DNA of 64,000 nucleotides from Callorhinchus milii (Eukaryota): positions 1-64,000 of the forward strand of contig NW_024705176.1 in the NCBI RefSeq assembly GCF_018977255.1, written 5' to 3'. A program made the translations under genes and the position numbers. Below the pieces are notes generated by a model, which was not told the origin of the DNA, did no database searches, and was given only the letters and a program-made list of their open reading frames with translations. Below, piece after piece: positions 20,631-35,600 of the stretch (position 1 is its first letter; each line of letters starts with the position of its first letter).

Positions 20631-23600
20631 AATGCGACTTACGGATGAACTTTGACAGTCATTACCAGCGGTAAATGACCTGATGTTGACTGTGACACTA
20701 CAGAGCCTTTGCGAACGCTTCGAATGGATATTTTGATGAATGGCAAGTTCGTGACAGTGATTTGGAAAACGGAACTGGACTTTGTCACAGTTATTTGAAA
20801 CCAACTAAGATCTATACGTACGATAAACATTAGTGTGAATTAGGCGAATTTAACGCCATTGCTCCTGGACTGTCGGGATTCATCTACCTACAGTTGGGAC
20901 GCTCCAGAACGGCAACAGCAAGTTGAATCCGGATTACCGGCATACGCATGTAGACAGCCTTGTGGAGCGGCCGTCTCGTCGATTGCGTTATCAAGCAACA
21001 ATAGCGGCACAATCAGGTTACCCACCCGTGTCAGACTATAATTCCTATCCGGTGTCGGTATGCCTCCTCATTATCCGGGGTAGGCCGGGCTGATCTGTGA
21101 TTGGAGCCTTGGGTGAACCTACGAAGAATGTGTGTGGACAAGCATCTTGACACGCAACGTGAGCCGTCAAGTAAGTAAGAAGTAATCTTAGCCGATTGGC
21201 ATTAGGGATGTTCAACACGTCAAGTACGTTACCTGGCGAAATAGCGTTCAGATGAGTCTATCCGGCATTCCCCTCTCAGTGAAACAATGCTAGGCTGCCA
21301 GCCGTGGAAGTGTTCGCGTACTTGCTCCTCAGAACATTATTGCTTGGCTGCTGCACGCAGGATCCTGTACGCCTATCAATGTCCGGTTTAGGGCGATGAC
21401 ATACAGAGAGTAATCCTAGGGATCCGACGGATGCACCGGATTCCGCAATAGTAATCGAGCTCTGTTAGCTTGCCATTAAGGCCCTGCAACAAACTGCGCA
21501 CCTGGTCGCCTTTCTACCGCACCCGGTTCAGTTTCTTTCCTGGGGTTAGGAAACTATATAAATCATTCGGAGACCAGTATACGTTACAAGCTCCACTTCT
21601 ACCAGGCTAAATGATTATAGGAACATAGCTGGAGCGTGAACCGTACTACAATTATCGCACTTCCCATCGGTCACTACATGCTACGCGTGCCTAAATGGTT
21701 CAAGTAGGGCCAGTATGGGACCTCGGAGCAGGGATGTTTTGCCCAGAGCCATCCGTGTAGCACCCCGCCCCACCTCACGCCAACACCTCGTTGTACGATA
21801 CGCTTTGTGTCATGACCGGTACTAGTGATCCGGCCGTGCCCAATGCGTGTCCAAGCCACTCGAGATCTCTTGAAGGGCGGAAAATCGGATTCTATTCCGA
21901 CTTAGATATTTGATCTTCTGAAGTTTACATACCCCATGGCACGGCCCTACAGTCTGAGCTACTAAAAATGAACAACTGGTGGGGTCCAACAAACTCTTAA
22001 AGCGCATCGAAATTTATCAATTGCAAAGTAGACAGTCTTGCCGAGGGAAGCTCGACACTTCATGATTCCATTGTTATGTGTTCATTTAACAACCGCCAAT
22101 GCGTTCTCAAGAACGGTCGCAGTTCATTGAACGTACTGCCAATCTGGCAATAGCCTGGACCCTACGGTCATTCATAGCGATAGCGAGTCGGACTGCCACG
22201 CTCTTGACTTATCTAGTGGGGGCAGGCCAGTAAATTGTTGGGAGAGCTTGTGCAGAGGTTACTGCACCAGCGATAGATTAGTTTGACGACGCACCCTGTC
22301 ACCTACGAGTGGTCTGCTTGGGAGCGATGCTGCCCGAGTTTTCTAGAGCCTGTCGTGACACGGTAGCGTACTCTTGCACTCGCAAAAGTGCGCAAGGCCC
22401 CTCTAATCGAGAATGCTGATCTGGAGAGCAATCACAGCTCAGGGGCTCGTGACTCCAAGCAATCATCTAGGGAGTGAGTACAAAGGTGTCGCACGGTAGC
22501 GAACAATAAGAACACATTACCTCGTTTGTCTTCGCCGCCAAGTCGTAAGGTTCCGCGTAGGGGTTTCCTCTGTGAAGTTAGTCGCACCGCAACTGCTCGA
22601 GCGGAAACACCTGCTGCATCTCGCAATGTAAGTCACCCTGCTCCGGTTCATCTGCTAGGCCTAACGGGATCATGTACGGAGAGACTGTTGGCCATGCTAA
22701 TGCCCTTAGGAATGACGCCGCCCATGAGCGGCTCCATAGGACCCGGTCCTATTGCATATGTTCTCGTCATAGGGTTAGCTGCCGGAGAGTGTGCGTAACG
22801 GGCAAGTCTCAACCCGGGTTCCCAAGTTGTGGCTGCATATGATGCAACTCGTTAAAGTAGTCCACACTGATCCAAAGCTTGATACTGCCGTGTGCTTCAT
22901 AGTTGAAATTTGACGTCAGCCTAGTCGATAGGGGTCGTAGTCCTCCCATTTCGTCCTCTATTAAATTTGAATGCCTGGAGACACAGCGTCGTAAATAGCA
23001 TCGAAAGGATTGATTACTTGGCCAGGCCTTAAAACCATTCATGCGGTAGTCCAGGTCGACAAAAGAATGAATGCCGTAAACATCAAGCCTGGCCAAGATA
23101 TTAACTCTTCGGGGGGGCGTGGTTAGATCACCGCGGCCTGTAATGAGGTGGCACTCATAACCCTAGGTTTTGATTTTAAATAGAACTAGGCCGTAAGCTG
23201 GGAGCGAAGCTGGGCTTGCTAGGAAAGTAGGAGACTCCCAAACTCGCGATGGTGCTCAGATGTGGATCACTGAAGCGCCGCCGCTGGGCGGCCATACAAA
23301 CGACACTCCATCCTCGTATAGGGTTTCGGCCTTTTTGCCGGATTAAGCCGATGCCGTACGGAGCTTCGTAGCTGGTCGACGCCCGCCTTTAAAAGATCAG
23401 CTGACTACACTCTAAGCACTTTGCCGGCTGGTGCCACACTTGCCAATCCGATTCCGCGCGAGGGGAATACCTGTGCTGACCTGGGCAAACTCGCGCGACG
23501 ACCGTGTCCCCAGCACTCCGTTCCTACGTGGTATCGCTTATATAGGACTCTATCAGGCCCAGGACGTGCTCAAGCCAGCCACGTAGTAAAACGTTATGAT

Positions 23601-26600
23601 AGCCGGACTTGCAGGGTTCTTCGTTCAGTTTGCTCGGTTGATAGCCAATTCACTTGCGGTAGTAACGTTCCGGAGAATTCGGCGTGGGTTCGTCGTAGAA
23701 AGTGCGGGGGCTGCGCGCACGACCTTCGGTAGCGTAAAAGGATTTCGTCGTAATGTGGATGGACCCTTCTGCTATGATCCTGCGTAATACTAGAAAGTAG
23801 GCGTCCATGTTGACCAGACTTTCGCCATACTTGTATGAGGGCCACCACGACGACACCCTTAATCAGATTCCATACGGCAACAGATGGGGCTAAGTGGCAC
23901 TAGTGGGTGAGCTGGTGACCACCCTATTAGTCTCAATCAGAAACCAGGTGACTAAGTATATATCACTTTGTGGGGGATTCGCAACCCTCGGTAACGTACT
24001 GCCCAAGGCGGTTGAACGTTTGGGATGTGGACTAGCGCTGCTTACTACCGAGCTCGACTATCCGTTATGCCACCAAAATTAGCCCCCTGGTCGGCCGGAC
24101 TGATAGACGGACCAACGTGCGCGATCGACGGACATACATCTCGTGCAACCCGTGGGACCGTCATACATATAGCTAGAGAAGGAATGGTCCAAAAGGGTGA
24201 CGGCAAAGAGGCTTGAGCAAACTTATACGAACAAAAGTTTCGTAGGATTGTAATGAACCTTTTTCCGATCCGTTGTGTCAATGTGGTTTACGTGGGTAGC
24301 CATTGGCCTCTAGTTAATTGATAACCCGCTGGACTTGACACGACAAGTTCTGGGAACGCTAAGTTTCGGTTAGGTAGACAGTCCACATATCAATCTCGTG
24401 ACTTAAGTATTAGAGCCCGTTCCCACGATGGCTGCAGTGAATTAAGGCCAATCTAATTTAAGCGGGATACCCCCGGTCAGGTCAGGAAGAGCTCAGGAGA
24501 GCGCCACAGTACTAGACGGCGGCTTATGCTCTCCGGCGGGCGCACCTCTCCTTATAGTCTGTCTGGAACCCACACACATGTTGTTGGGTTCGACCCTTTT
24601 AACAGAGTGGTAGCTCTGCGACGCTTCTTGTCACCTCCATTCTGTCTGCTCAGTCAAGCTGCGTCTCAGCTAGGCCGGTGTGGAATGTAATGTGACTGAT
24701 AGGTAGTTGATTAGAGCGCGTAGAGTAGCCACTACCCGACCAGTTGCCCAGGGGTATATCGGCAATAACAACTGAGTTCTCTTAGGGCGAAAAGTCTACC
24801 TGACGGAAAAAGCTTTGGCGCAAATACCCCGCCGGAACATTCTTTCCTCCCTGCGCCGACTATTTTCGTTTTAATGTGTCTATAAGACGGGGAGCCGCGG
24901 AGGTAATGTCGGGTCAGCTCAAAGGACGTGTAGAGTTGAAGGAACGAAATAAAGTTAAGTGAGTGATGCTGCATCTTACAGTCTTGCTATTCACAGATAC
25001 CAGATCGACGGCACACTATGCCTGGCAGGTCGTCACATATTTCCGCGTTGATTTCTGAAGGCTTTAGATAGTTCTTACCTAGTATGCCATCTGTCACTTC
25101 GTGGGAGACGTCTTGTGTAAGATCGGAACCATACTTGTGCTCCTTGTCCCGTCTCGTTGGGTTGTCGAGACAGATTATGTGAGATGCCGACGCGGTCACA
25201 TTGCGCTGATACCGAGTTATTTCCAATAGTCGGATGGCAGGCATGGATTATCAATGAGGATAACTGGACGTTTTTCGAGTCTTCCAAGTTATGTATTTAC
25301 GCGGAATCGCCAGCTACTCCTTAACCGCCCGTGGCTTATTAAGACTATGCCCGGGATGACATAGCTGAAGGACAACGCTGACGCAACGATCACGGATGTA
25401 CGTTCCCATTCAATGAATGACCAGATTACCCCTACAGCGGATAGGGGGCCGAAGACGAGCTTTCAGGTCAACGTTGAGGGCATCATGATGCGCTTTACCG
25501 TGAAGGACCATATTCAAAGCGAATGAACGAGCGGCAGACTTGGGGCGCTCATAGCAAGAGGGTTTATAGGTGTTTTTGCGGGAGGTATGACCCACCTCTT
25601 CTTTTCGGTCTGAGCCCCACGACCCTGCGTAAATGCTATACGACAACATGGTGGACTTCGTACGAACCGTAATTATTGGTTGTACTATCCCCCGCATTCT
25701 GCTCTAACTCATACACGAATAGGGAGTTAGAACTCAGTACAGACGAGGTGGCTTAGACACGCCATGAACAGATTTGCTCTCTTCTCAGATATCGAGAATG
25801 TTCACTGCAGGTACCGGGGCGGTCAACCAAAGAACGTTGGGCGCGCACTGGGACTATGATACGTCAGAGTGAACTCTACATGTGGGGTTCACCACGTCTA
25901 GAGTGGGTTTTGCTTACCCCCCTCGGTTTGGCAAGAAAAGGGAGCGAGACTTAGAGCACGGAGGCAGCTATACTGAGTGAAAAACACAGTTTCGATATTT
26001 AAGAGCCCTAGCTGGGGCGTGGCGATAATGCCGGACTCTGGATCTTGGCATTCCCAACTGTACAGACCCGAGGCACATCTCGTGCAAGCGGCGACCGCGC
26101 TCTTTCTGATGACCAGACGAGAAGTTCGGGTTCACACGTAATGACTAATCAGAACCAGTAGGAAATAGGACGAGGGAGTGAATCGGTTTAGAACTTTAAC
26201 CTAATAAATGCGTCACAATTTGAGGCGCTGGAGCCAATCTGTACGAGCATCCCTCGCTACTTTGTCGCAGCGCCCGTTGCGTGGGATATATCAACAATAT
26301 CAGTGGCAGCTAATAAACTTTCGCTCAATCATACGAGTGTATTAATTTTTGGCTCCAGCTACAACCCTCACTCAGGTTTCAGGGCTTGGTCCCATTATCA
26401 GGGAATATTGATCATCTACCAGCGGAACGGCAATGGCCAAGGAGTATTAATGTTGCCTATGCTAGGCCGTAGAGTTGGATCCAAGCCATTCAAAAATCAG
26501 TCGACAATAGGGCACCCTCGCTGAGAAGAGAGCGCCAATCGACCCGACGTTGGTTTTTGGTCCGGCGACCGGCAGCAGTAGTAGAAAAAGGATAGTTGAG

Positions 26601-29600
26601 ACAGGACATTAACATGTTGTACGGCTTGAGGATCGACCATCAGAGGTTAGTATTCTAGAGTGTCTGAGTCGGCGCCTAGAATTTTACATTAAGCCTAGTA
26701 GCCTATTATCGCAGACCAAAACGCTCCTTTAAAATGACTTTGGATCCTATGCCCATGCAATTCAGAAGTGGGAGTTTGATTATCTCATTCCGGAAGCCCC
26801 AAACTGTCTCGCCTAAGGGGTTCCGGAACCAGCTTCTAGGGCCCACTAACCGTGCCGTGCATGACCTGTGCAACTGCACAGCTCAGTGCACCTCCCAAAC
26901 AATGGAATAGAATGTGCGTACGAACACAAAGCGCGATATCTGACAACCTGCTCATCCGTTGTATTCTCAGAGAAATTAAACGCGCCCCAGGGCGAGGGGC
27001 TTTATCTTCACATATCGATTCCGCTGTTCGGATCTACCTGAAGCGCATGGATTTTCTGCCGATTTTCAAACTGACTGGCACACAAGCCGGGGGCATTCCA
27101 AGGGTGTCACGGTATCAACTCTGCGTAATATTATGGAGGAGAGATGTTTACTCATGGCGGTAGTTGCGCTCCACCGGTCGCCGATAGCCATAGAAAAAGC
27201 ACACCCGACGGGGGCTGCCTAGTGTAACCTTCACGGGACGTGTGACGTCATACAGGTAGTTCCCACGTACACCCTCTTACGCCGCAACGTAATACACTCA
27301 TGCAAGTGCGCGTGCTCTAACATCCAGGGCCGATCTAGTAGTGCCTCATACAATTCGGAATGTATGCATAGTTCCGCCCAGCCCTACGGCCAACAACCAC
27401 ATCCAAAAGACGGGTATGTCTGGGTCGGGATCACTAAAATTGTGGCTATCGGCTCCTCCTGGCGCGATTAGTTAGAACGATTTAACTAGTGAGTAATGAT
27501 CATTTTTACTGGAACGAAACACGACGATTCGAGCTGGGGCAGCGGAAATTATAGCGTAACGCGCCCACTGCTAGAGAAGTACATATCATATTTAATAAAA
27601 AGGGATAAAAGTTTTCCGCAGGAGTCTGAAGTAAGTTGAGAACAAAGACCGGCTGGAAGCTCGCTCGGTGGCCCCTTTCTAACCAATCTTAGCTGCTGTC
27701 AATAATGAGACTAAACCTGTCTAGCACACTATTTTGTCTATTGATGTCTTTTAATACCCTTGGGGAGAGTTAGTACCCCCGTATGGTGAAGCGTCTGACG
27801 GATCGGGATAACCCCACGGTGCTACTAAAGAAAACGGGGTGCACCCTCTTCGAGGATAAGCGGCTTTTTGTCCGGGATCATAATTATTTCTGACGGTACG
27901 GGAGGGCACACAGTAGGCCGGGCTTCCATAGCCCCTCCTACCCACAAACGTTGAGAACCTACTGGGCTTCCCTAAGCTTCGTTGACATACAATTTCCGAG
28001 GGACAGAGGTGTTAGCAAGGGACAAAATAATTGAGGGGAGTACGCACGGGTGCGATACCAGAGCCCGTTTTGGAAGCTCGGACAGTGATCTCATTCTGAA
28101 ACAATATTTCAGCGCCATATGTGTACGTCGGACACCTACGTATTGTGGGTTATCCACTATGGAGAACCCACGATGGTTTCTCACGATGGAGAGGGGCCGT
28201 GCCATTCGTGCGTATTAACTAGCTACATTCTTCCTTCCTATACGCCGATGGACGAAGGCAGAGTAAGCGGAAAAACATGACGACTAAACTTAGATTTCGT
28301 AGGATCCAGAGACCACGCCCACCATCCCACTGAATGGACAGATATTGATAACATTAATAGGAGAGACCGTCCACCAATAAATATTCTAGAGCCGAGCCTT
28401 TGCGACAACAACAGTGGTACTGCGTCGCACACGACGCATTCAAAGTGGCAGTATGACATCTTCTCCGACGATGGCTTGCTGAAATCTCGTAGTTAACTCT
28501 AGCTTACTTCGGCTCTACGCTTAATGACCTGATTTCAGCGAGTTGGTAGACACGAGCCGCGCTGGCGCTGTCAGCCAAGCGTGCCCACGAAGGCTACTCG
28601 AGTACGCGGGCCCCTACATCACTAACGACTGGGTCTTTTCGTGTAGGACCGTGGATAGATGCGACGTAGAGTTCCCAGGACTCATCCATGAACACCTTAA
28701 AACACCTACACTGGGATGGTCCATGAAGACGTTACTTTGCCGACCCGCGATCGAATTTGCTCAGGAGGGAATTTCCGGAAGGCTAACGAATGTCCCTCCC
28801 ATTCCGCGTGCACAAATACTACCCACCTCAATCTGAATAGTGGGGATATCCGGCCGACGTGTCGACAGTCGCCGATCCCCGTCTGGCAATGGACACTTAC
28901 CGTTAGTGCGGTTACCGGCCTTTTTATTCGGATGAGCTAAACCGCATTGTCTTTCGACCATTCAAAAGCAACCTTACTACTGCCGGTCCTAGTAGAACAA
29001 GTTAGGCAAGACCAATTTGAGACCTGACAAAGCCGATGGGAGGGATGGTCGGGTCTGGTACGCAGTCGATCCAGGCTTAAGTATGCAAGCCCAAGTGTCT
29101 TTGAGAACACTGTATCACGCGTAGTAATGGCATCGAACGACGATCGTTGCTCGGGGCGTGGGTCTCTTACGGATTATCAAAAGCGTTTAGTTAACTGTCA
29201 TTCTATCCTGCCGCTCGTTCCCCGGGGTCAATGGGTTTATGCACCTCGAGCCCATCATTTGTCTCGGGCTACCTATGTAGGCAGTAGTCTAATTGGAGAT
29301 CACACTGAGATGGTTCTATTCAGTTTACCGTTAATCCAAGGAGCATTTAACCGGAGTAATGCTGCCAAATCGAACCGAGAGACCTCGTCTCCCAAATAAC
29401 CGCTAACTCTAGCTATGTGTAATTCTCCTTCGCCTCAACGCTCTTTGCCTTCATACGGAGGACACCGAAGGTCCCTCAAGCGCCCGCCCAACGGGACTGG
29501 TTGGGTTTTGAGGCCAGTAATTACAATCTTGGTCATAATGTCAGATCAACCGCAGCGATCCAAACATGGACACTCTGATATCATCCCAGTCCGTCGCTGT

Positions 29601-32600
29601 TGTCGGAGACCTGTCCACCTCTCCCCCCATCACCTCGTGAACCTTACTGACCTGGCGTTACTTTGCGATAATCAGGACGAGTCAGGAGGTATAGTTCCGT
29701 TACACTGAGTCCGAGGGGGGCGAAAGTCTCTAGTAGTGGCTGCTGATACCACCCGTAGCCCAGTTTGTCCTAATAACTCGGCGCTATGACTAATTGGATT
29801 ACGCGATCCTAACCGTTTCGAGATGCTAGCTTCAAGTACTGGTTGATAATTTAGACAGTCTCGAAGATCGGGAATTGGAAGTACTCAGATATTAAACACG
29901 TAGTTTCAAGTATGATCGCTGTTTAATTTACGCCACAAATACATCAGGTCGACAGGGGCGTATACAGAATTCTCGTATGTGGAATTCTACCCGAAAGGAT
30001 GATGATACGAGGAGTTGCCACCGCGCGATAGGCATGGTCTCAAAGATGACTATTCTAGGGTACGAAAGCGATGTGTCCTAGGACAGAGAGGAATTTCAGT
30101 GGGGCTAAACGCCGAATTTCCGCGATTAAACCGTAACGTTAACCGCGGCCAATGGCAACGGGAGTACAATCCCGTCTCAGAAAGATAAGGCGACCTGATG
30201 GCACAGCCGACTGGATGATGAGCTATAAGGTATGATCTTTTAGATGTATCGGTTGGGGATCGTGGGCGTAGAAAGCGTACAGGAACGCAAAAGAGTCAAC
30301 AAGTATCCATGTTCACCCATTTATAATAAGACGCTAATGTGTGGGTGGGGGCCCTCGTCCGCCACCATGCCAAGGGGTGATCGCCTCTGGTATGACGGGG
30401 CGAAATGGTAGCTGCAGGGATCGCAATCTCCCATTTATTCAAATTCTTTTAGTGCATGGCGCCAGCACTAACATCCCGCTTAACCCCGTCCCCTCACTAT
30501 GTTCAACCAACCCTCGTCGCAAAACCCTAGGCCCTCATCATTCGGAATGTCTGCACATTCAATTGTTCGGGTAGCCGATGTAGCCCACGTCCTTCAGGCG
30601 GGTTGCGCCTAAACAAAGGTATCAGCGCGAAGTACAGCCCTGCTGACATCTACTTGAGAAACTCAGCACTGTCCTCTGCTCGGAAGGGCATATCTTCCGA
30701 AAATCCCCTAAGACTAAATGCCTGTTTGTGCCGTGTGAGCATATCTTGTGACGCATGAAAGGGAACGATGCCGTAGGAACTGACCTCTACAATTTACATG
30801 CTGTATTCTTTGACCGCTTCTATGTTCCAAGAGAAGCGGGAGTACCTTAGCCACCACGAACAGCTATCCAAGAGACCCGTTTGGCTCCGACGCCATATGT
30901 GGGTTCCGTAGCCTGAACAAATGCTTTAGTCTCGAATTCAAAGGAGACATCAAACAGCATGTATACCCCCACGTCTACTGCATGCCTATCCGATTGGTGA
31001 AGCTGCCGAGCTGCGCGACCCGAATGGCATCGGTAATCTGGGCACAAGGAACAATCTTCAAGATATGGCTTGAAGTCAGCTAGTTCGAAATGCCACTCGG
31101 GGGGAATTGCCGGATAGAAAGCCTTCCTATAGACTCAAAGCAGCGACTAACTTAGTCCGGACGTGGTCGGTCATTACGCCATTCCAGGTGGATCACTGGG
31201 GCGAGGCGAACGTCTAAGTGGATCATAGATTGCGTGGATCGACATAGTCTAGGTGCTTCACGCATTCGACGGCAAGGAGCCCTTAAGCTCAGTGCCACAC
31301 TACTAACAGGTCAATGCATGAGTATGGCACTAGGCAATGATGCCATTTATGGGCATCCTTAATCGATACCACGAGATTTCCTTCAAAATTACTAAACCGT
31401 TCCCACTGCATAACCGTTTGTGGGAGAGAAAGTATCTAAATGGCTCTCGCAGCATATGAATTGTCTAGACCTTATGTCGACATTCGGGGTCCTGCCATAA
31501 GAATTTTAGGTAGTAATGCTCGTAGGATAAGAATCGTCTACGCGCTCTAGTTAAATTGACTGTGGAACCCGGTGCATGAATACCGAGCCTTCGAAGGTTA
31601 AGTCCGGATACATTTTCGCAGCGACAGAACAGTTTTGGATAAACCCCGAGTACGCTGCATTGCTGGGAACCTGGTAAAGACGTTATCTATTATCAGAGTG
31701 CTATCAACTGCTCACGGCAGTTTATCTATAGCGAGTGCGTAAACTTGACCCCGGCCTTAGGAAGCTCATTTAGGGTAGTGGAGATATATGGCACAAGCGC
31801 TTATTCGTGAGGCTTATTCCAGGTTTTGATGCTCCTACGAATCGAGTCCCTTCGGTATACTGACGCATCGAACACAATTGACTAGAGGATGGCTTAAGTT
31901 GAGTGGGGTAGGCAAACCTATCTCTTCTCTTGTAGCGGGTTACGGAGAGTCGTTAAACCAAAGGTCTTCACGCCAAGCCTGGGAGAGGCTTGTCCCAAGG
32001 AGTTCGGCAGGGAACTGAAACTTGGTGTGATACGACAGCTAAAGTCCTGAGCCCACGAGGGGAACCCGGATGGACTTGCCGTATGTAATGCGAAATAACA
32101 TTCCCAGACATACGTGAAAGAAGTAAAATCAAACGCGAATCCGCCCAAGCAAAAATTAACAATTTAAGACATGAAATGTAAACAATTAATCCGCCGGGTT
32201 TGGACGATCTCTCTCTCACCATGATTATATACATGAGGGTCGCAGCAAGGCTGACGGTCGGGTTCAGTGGTGTTTAAGTTTTGAGAAAACGAATTACAAG
32301 AGATCCAGGATAGATCCACTTTTTCTTCGCCTGAACTGCGGCTTATAATGCTATTAGGGCTGACTCACCACTTCACGATATTTAAATTAGGAAAGTTGGA
32401 TTCTCCCGATCGTCCTTTCATGCGGAAGCGTCTACTGCCAGAGTCGAGTAACTCAGCAATACCTCTGAGAGGGGTATTATCGGACTTCTGGGGAATGGCA
32501 AGTTATTTCGGCTTCTCAATTAGTGGGAAGGATGACTACTAAGCACCGCCTGTGCACATTACAGCCTCCACTTAATTGTTACGCATTAGGTAATTGCCAT

Positions 32601-35600
32601 TGTTAGTGATATATTGTGAATTACAGTTCCCCTGTGTGAGATAGAGGCGATGCTTGCAACAGGTTGATACAGCTAAAGCGCGGGATAGGCTGTTACAGAT
32701 CACACCCACCATGAGCAAGCGAGGCAGTGTGAGGATATCGCTACCTCTCGACTAAGCGAAACTGCCTTGGAAGCCTGTCGCAGTAATATCGCCGTTTCAA
32801 GCCCGTTATAATGCTGGCGTTAGATATACACGACAACGAATTGACTATTCCCTACCACACAGTACAACCAGTCTCCGTATAGCTTCGAGTTCTATGCCGG
32901 CAGCGCCTTGGGGGGCGGCGATTCAAAATCAGCACGAGGGAGGTACCTCGCTCATGTTGCGCCACCCCCCGGAGGGAGCACGTCCATGGGGTTCCCGTGT
33001 TCGTCGCACCCCTGACGATTCTTACAGGGAGGTGACGGCAGGCGTAACACAAGTGGTGTGGATAGTGCTTGGCAATGCCAAGACGGTCGGCAATGTTGTG
33101 TTAGCTCGCGTATCCCCCAAGAAGGCTAGCGCTCCAGTTAACTGGCCGGCTCAATATGCGCACATCGACTGAGGAAGATGACACGTAGTTTGACGCTTGT
33201 GTGAGCCATCAGCTCCATCCACAGCCCTTTAAAACAGTACTACTTTGAAAACAGTGCGTTGCACTGAGGCACAGCCCAAAGATCTCTGCGCTTACATTCA
33301 GGTGTCGGGACGTCGATCGTTCTATTATGCGGTAGACATGCTTACCAGGTGGGTAGACAGACACATTGATGCCCCCCGACTCAAGGACCGTACCTACGAA
33401 CTTGGTTGGGAAAGTCACTTAATAACATCGCAGAATTATTCCCATAAGATTGACGACTGCAACACCGTGAACTTGCCGGCCTTATAACTGTCCACTTCCC
33501 CGACGTCGATATAATTTAACGTTCAGACACAGCTCCCCCCCCGCAACAATTACCAAGCATCAGGATCCCACAGAAGACAGCTATAGGGACGGGCCCAGGT
33601 CGTACACACCGAACTGCACAATTTACCTGTAGCAATATGGGTCGAAATTACTGTCGATCGACCCTCAGAGGAGGCAGGGACCACTTCCCGGTATTGTATG
33701 AATAATCCGGAATGAATCAAACGGCATCTATAGTGTTCAGCGCCCTTCTTTGATGCAACGGTGAGCTTACGAGCATATCTAGAGCGCAACAAGAGCTCGC
33801 ATATTCAGAAGTTGCGAACCCCCAGCTATAGCGGCCCTGAGTATGGGGGCCGGATTCCACCACGCACTGGATTCATGGTTGATTGCGTTGGCGCGGGTAG
33901 GTTACCATATTTACGTGCCCTGACTTATACCCAAGTCTCTATCGAAGAGTCTCTCTGCAGGCGGTGGCGCGAGAGATATCCATGAACAACGCTATTTTCC
34001 TGAGGTACAGTCGAGAAGAGAATCGCGAACCTACATAGCCTCTGACATCTACATGCGGGTCTGTTAACACCGTAGAGAGGTACTGTAAAACGGACAGCTC
34101 TTTCCCGCCAAACTGATCTTTAACTTCTCCGTAGCGAACAAGACAGTGGTCCTTGAAAATTTACTCGGCGCTATTCTAAGTTAAATTTAATTTCGAGGTC
34201 ACGCGAGGGCACGTCACAACGTGTAACGTAAATAGGGAAAGCGGGTGGGACGCAGCCTGGCAGCCCGTAAACAGCTCAATTTGGGGGCTTTTTTCCTTCG
34301 TAGTTCTTCCCTAGCCCTTATAGTTGTATTAGCGCGCCGCTGTGCTTTGCGGGGTGAATAGAATTAGGTTATGGAAGAGTCGCGGAATCTTCAGGCCTCC
34401 AAACAGTTCCCTCCACTGGTCCTAAGGCAGGGAAAGCCCCCCTTTCAAACCTAAAATATGATCGCTACTGAGACTGGAGATTGCTACCAGGTCCAAACGA
34501 CGGCGGAATCGCAAACATACGGACGCCTGTTGCACATGGACAGAACTTGATGAAGCTCCAACAAGCTACAAAAGGGACCGTACCTATGTCAACCCTAAGG
34601 AAGTCTTTCAGGTACCATACTCAGAAATCTTGTTACGTGCGTGTCTTGGGGAGCTCGGACTAGCCGGGAAAGGCCCTAGGTTCTCGCATGACCGCCGAGT
34701 ACTATTTGCCCGGACGTGAACCCAATAAGACGAGGGAGTTTAAGCCTACCAGTCGAAAAGTACCAACATGCGTTGAAATCCAAGTGCGTTCAACCGTTAA
34801 GTGATTACTTACAACGTTGCTCATGTTCTGGGCATAGGTTTAACACGGCTCAGGGCACTTCCCGTCGTCATTGCAGTTATCATGCTGACATTAACATTAC
34901 AACTAACTTGAACCTCAATATCGGACGATGGAAGGGCACTATAGCCCCACCTATTCGTCGGTACGGGATCGGTAGGCATCCGATGCCCAAGGAAGCCCTT
35001 TCTAGATCATCAAGGGCATAGGCTAGTGTGCGGTGTAAGGGACTTAAGCACAGCAACTGATTTCTCAAAGCGATTTGGTCGTAAGGCCCCAAGCTCAGAG
35101 TCCATACTTACACGTAGGTCCGGGGTAATTGGCTGCTGGGGCATTGCGGTAACAAGGAGCCCTTCACATACCGCCCCTTATAACTGCGACCTATTATGGG
35201 AAACTAATTGCATATTCGCTCTGCTGCCCGCACAATTATTCGTGCGTCCCCCGGAACAAGAAAGATATTTCGGGCTTCTTGCCATCTACTCGACTTAATC
35301 ATGACGCTAGCGGCACGTATAGGCACTGTCGGTTCGTAATAACGATGATTATGGTGGGCACCGTGTTAATAAAATCGCCGTTATATGCCAACGTTTCCGC
35401 TCTAAGTGCGGGTCCGGACCCAAAAGTATTTGGAACTACTCAGGTAGCTGTTGCCCACTAAGGATTTACAAATAACGCTCCTCCGCTACGCGCGCTGCAA
35501 CTGTAAAATATGGGGGTGTGCCTGATCAGGGACGCTTTGCAGCTATATCGATCCTAAGGATCCATGCCGGGTAAATTCCCGAGATGATCTGCATATTCGA

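Noticed and set aside
20751-20800. Near repeat gtgacagtgatttggaaa / gtcacagttatttgaaa just after the gap
   Set aside because: Two imperfect copies only; insufficient to call
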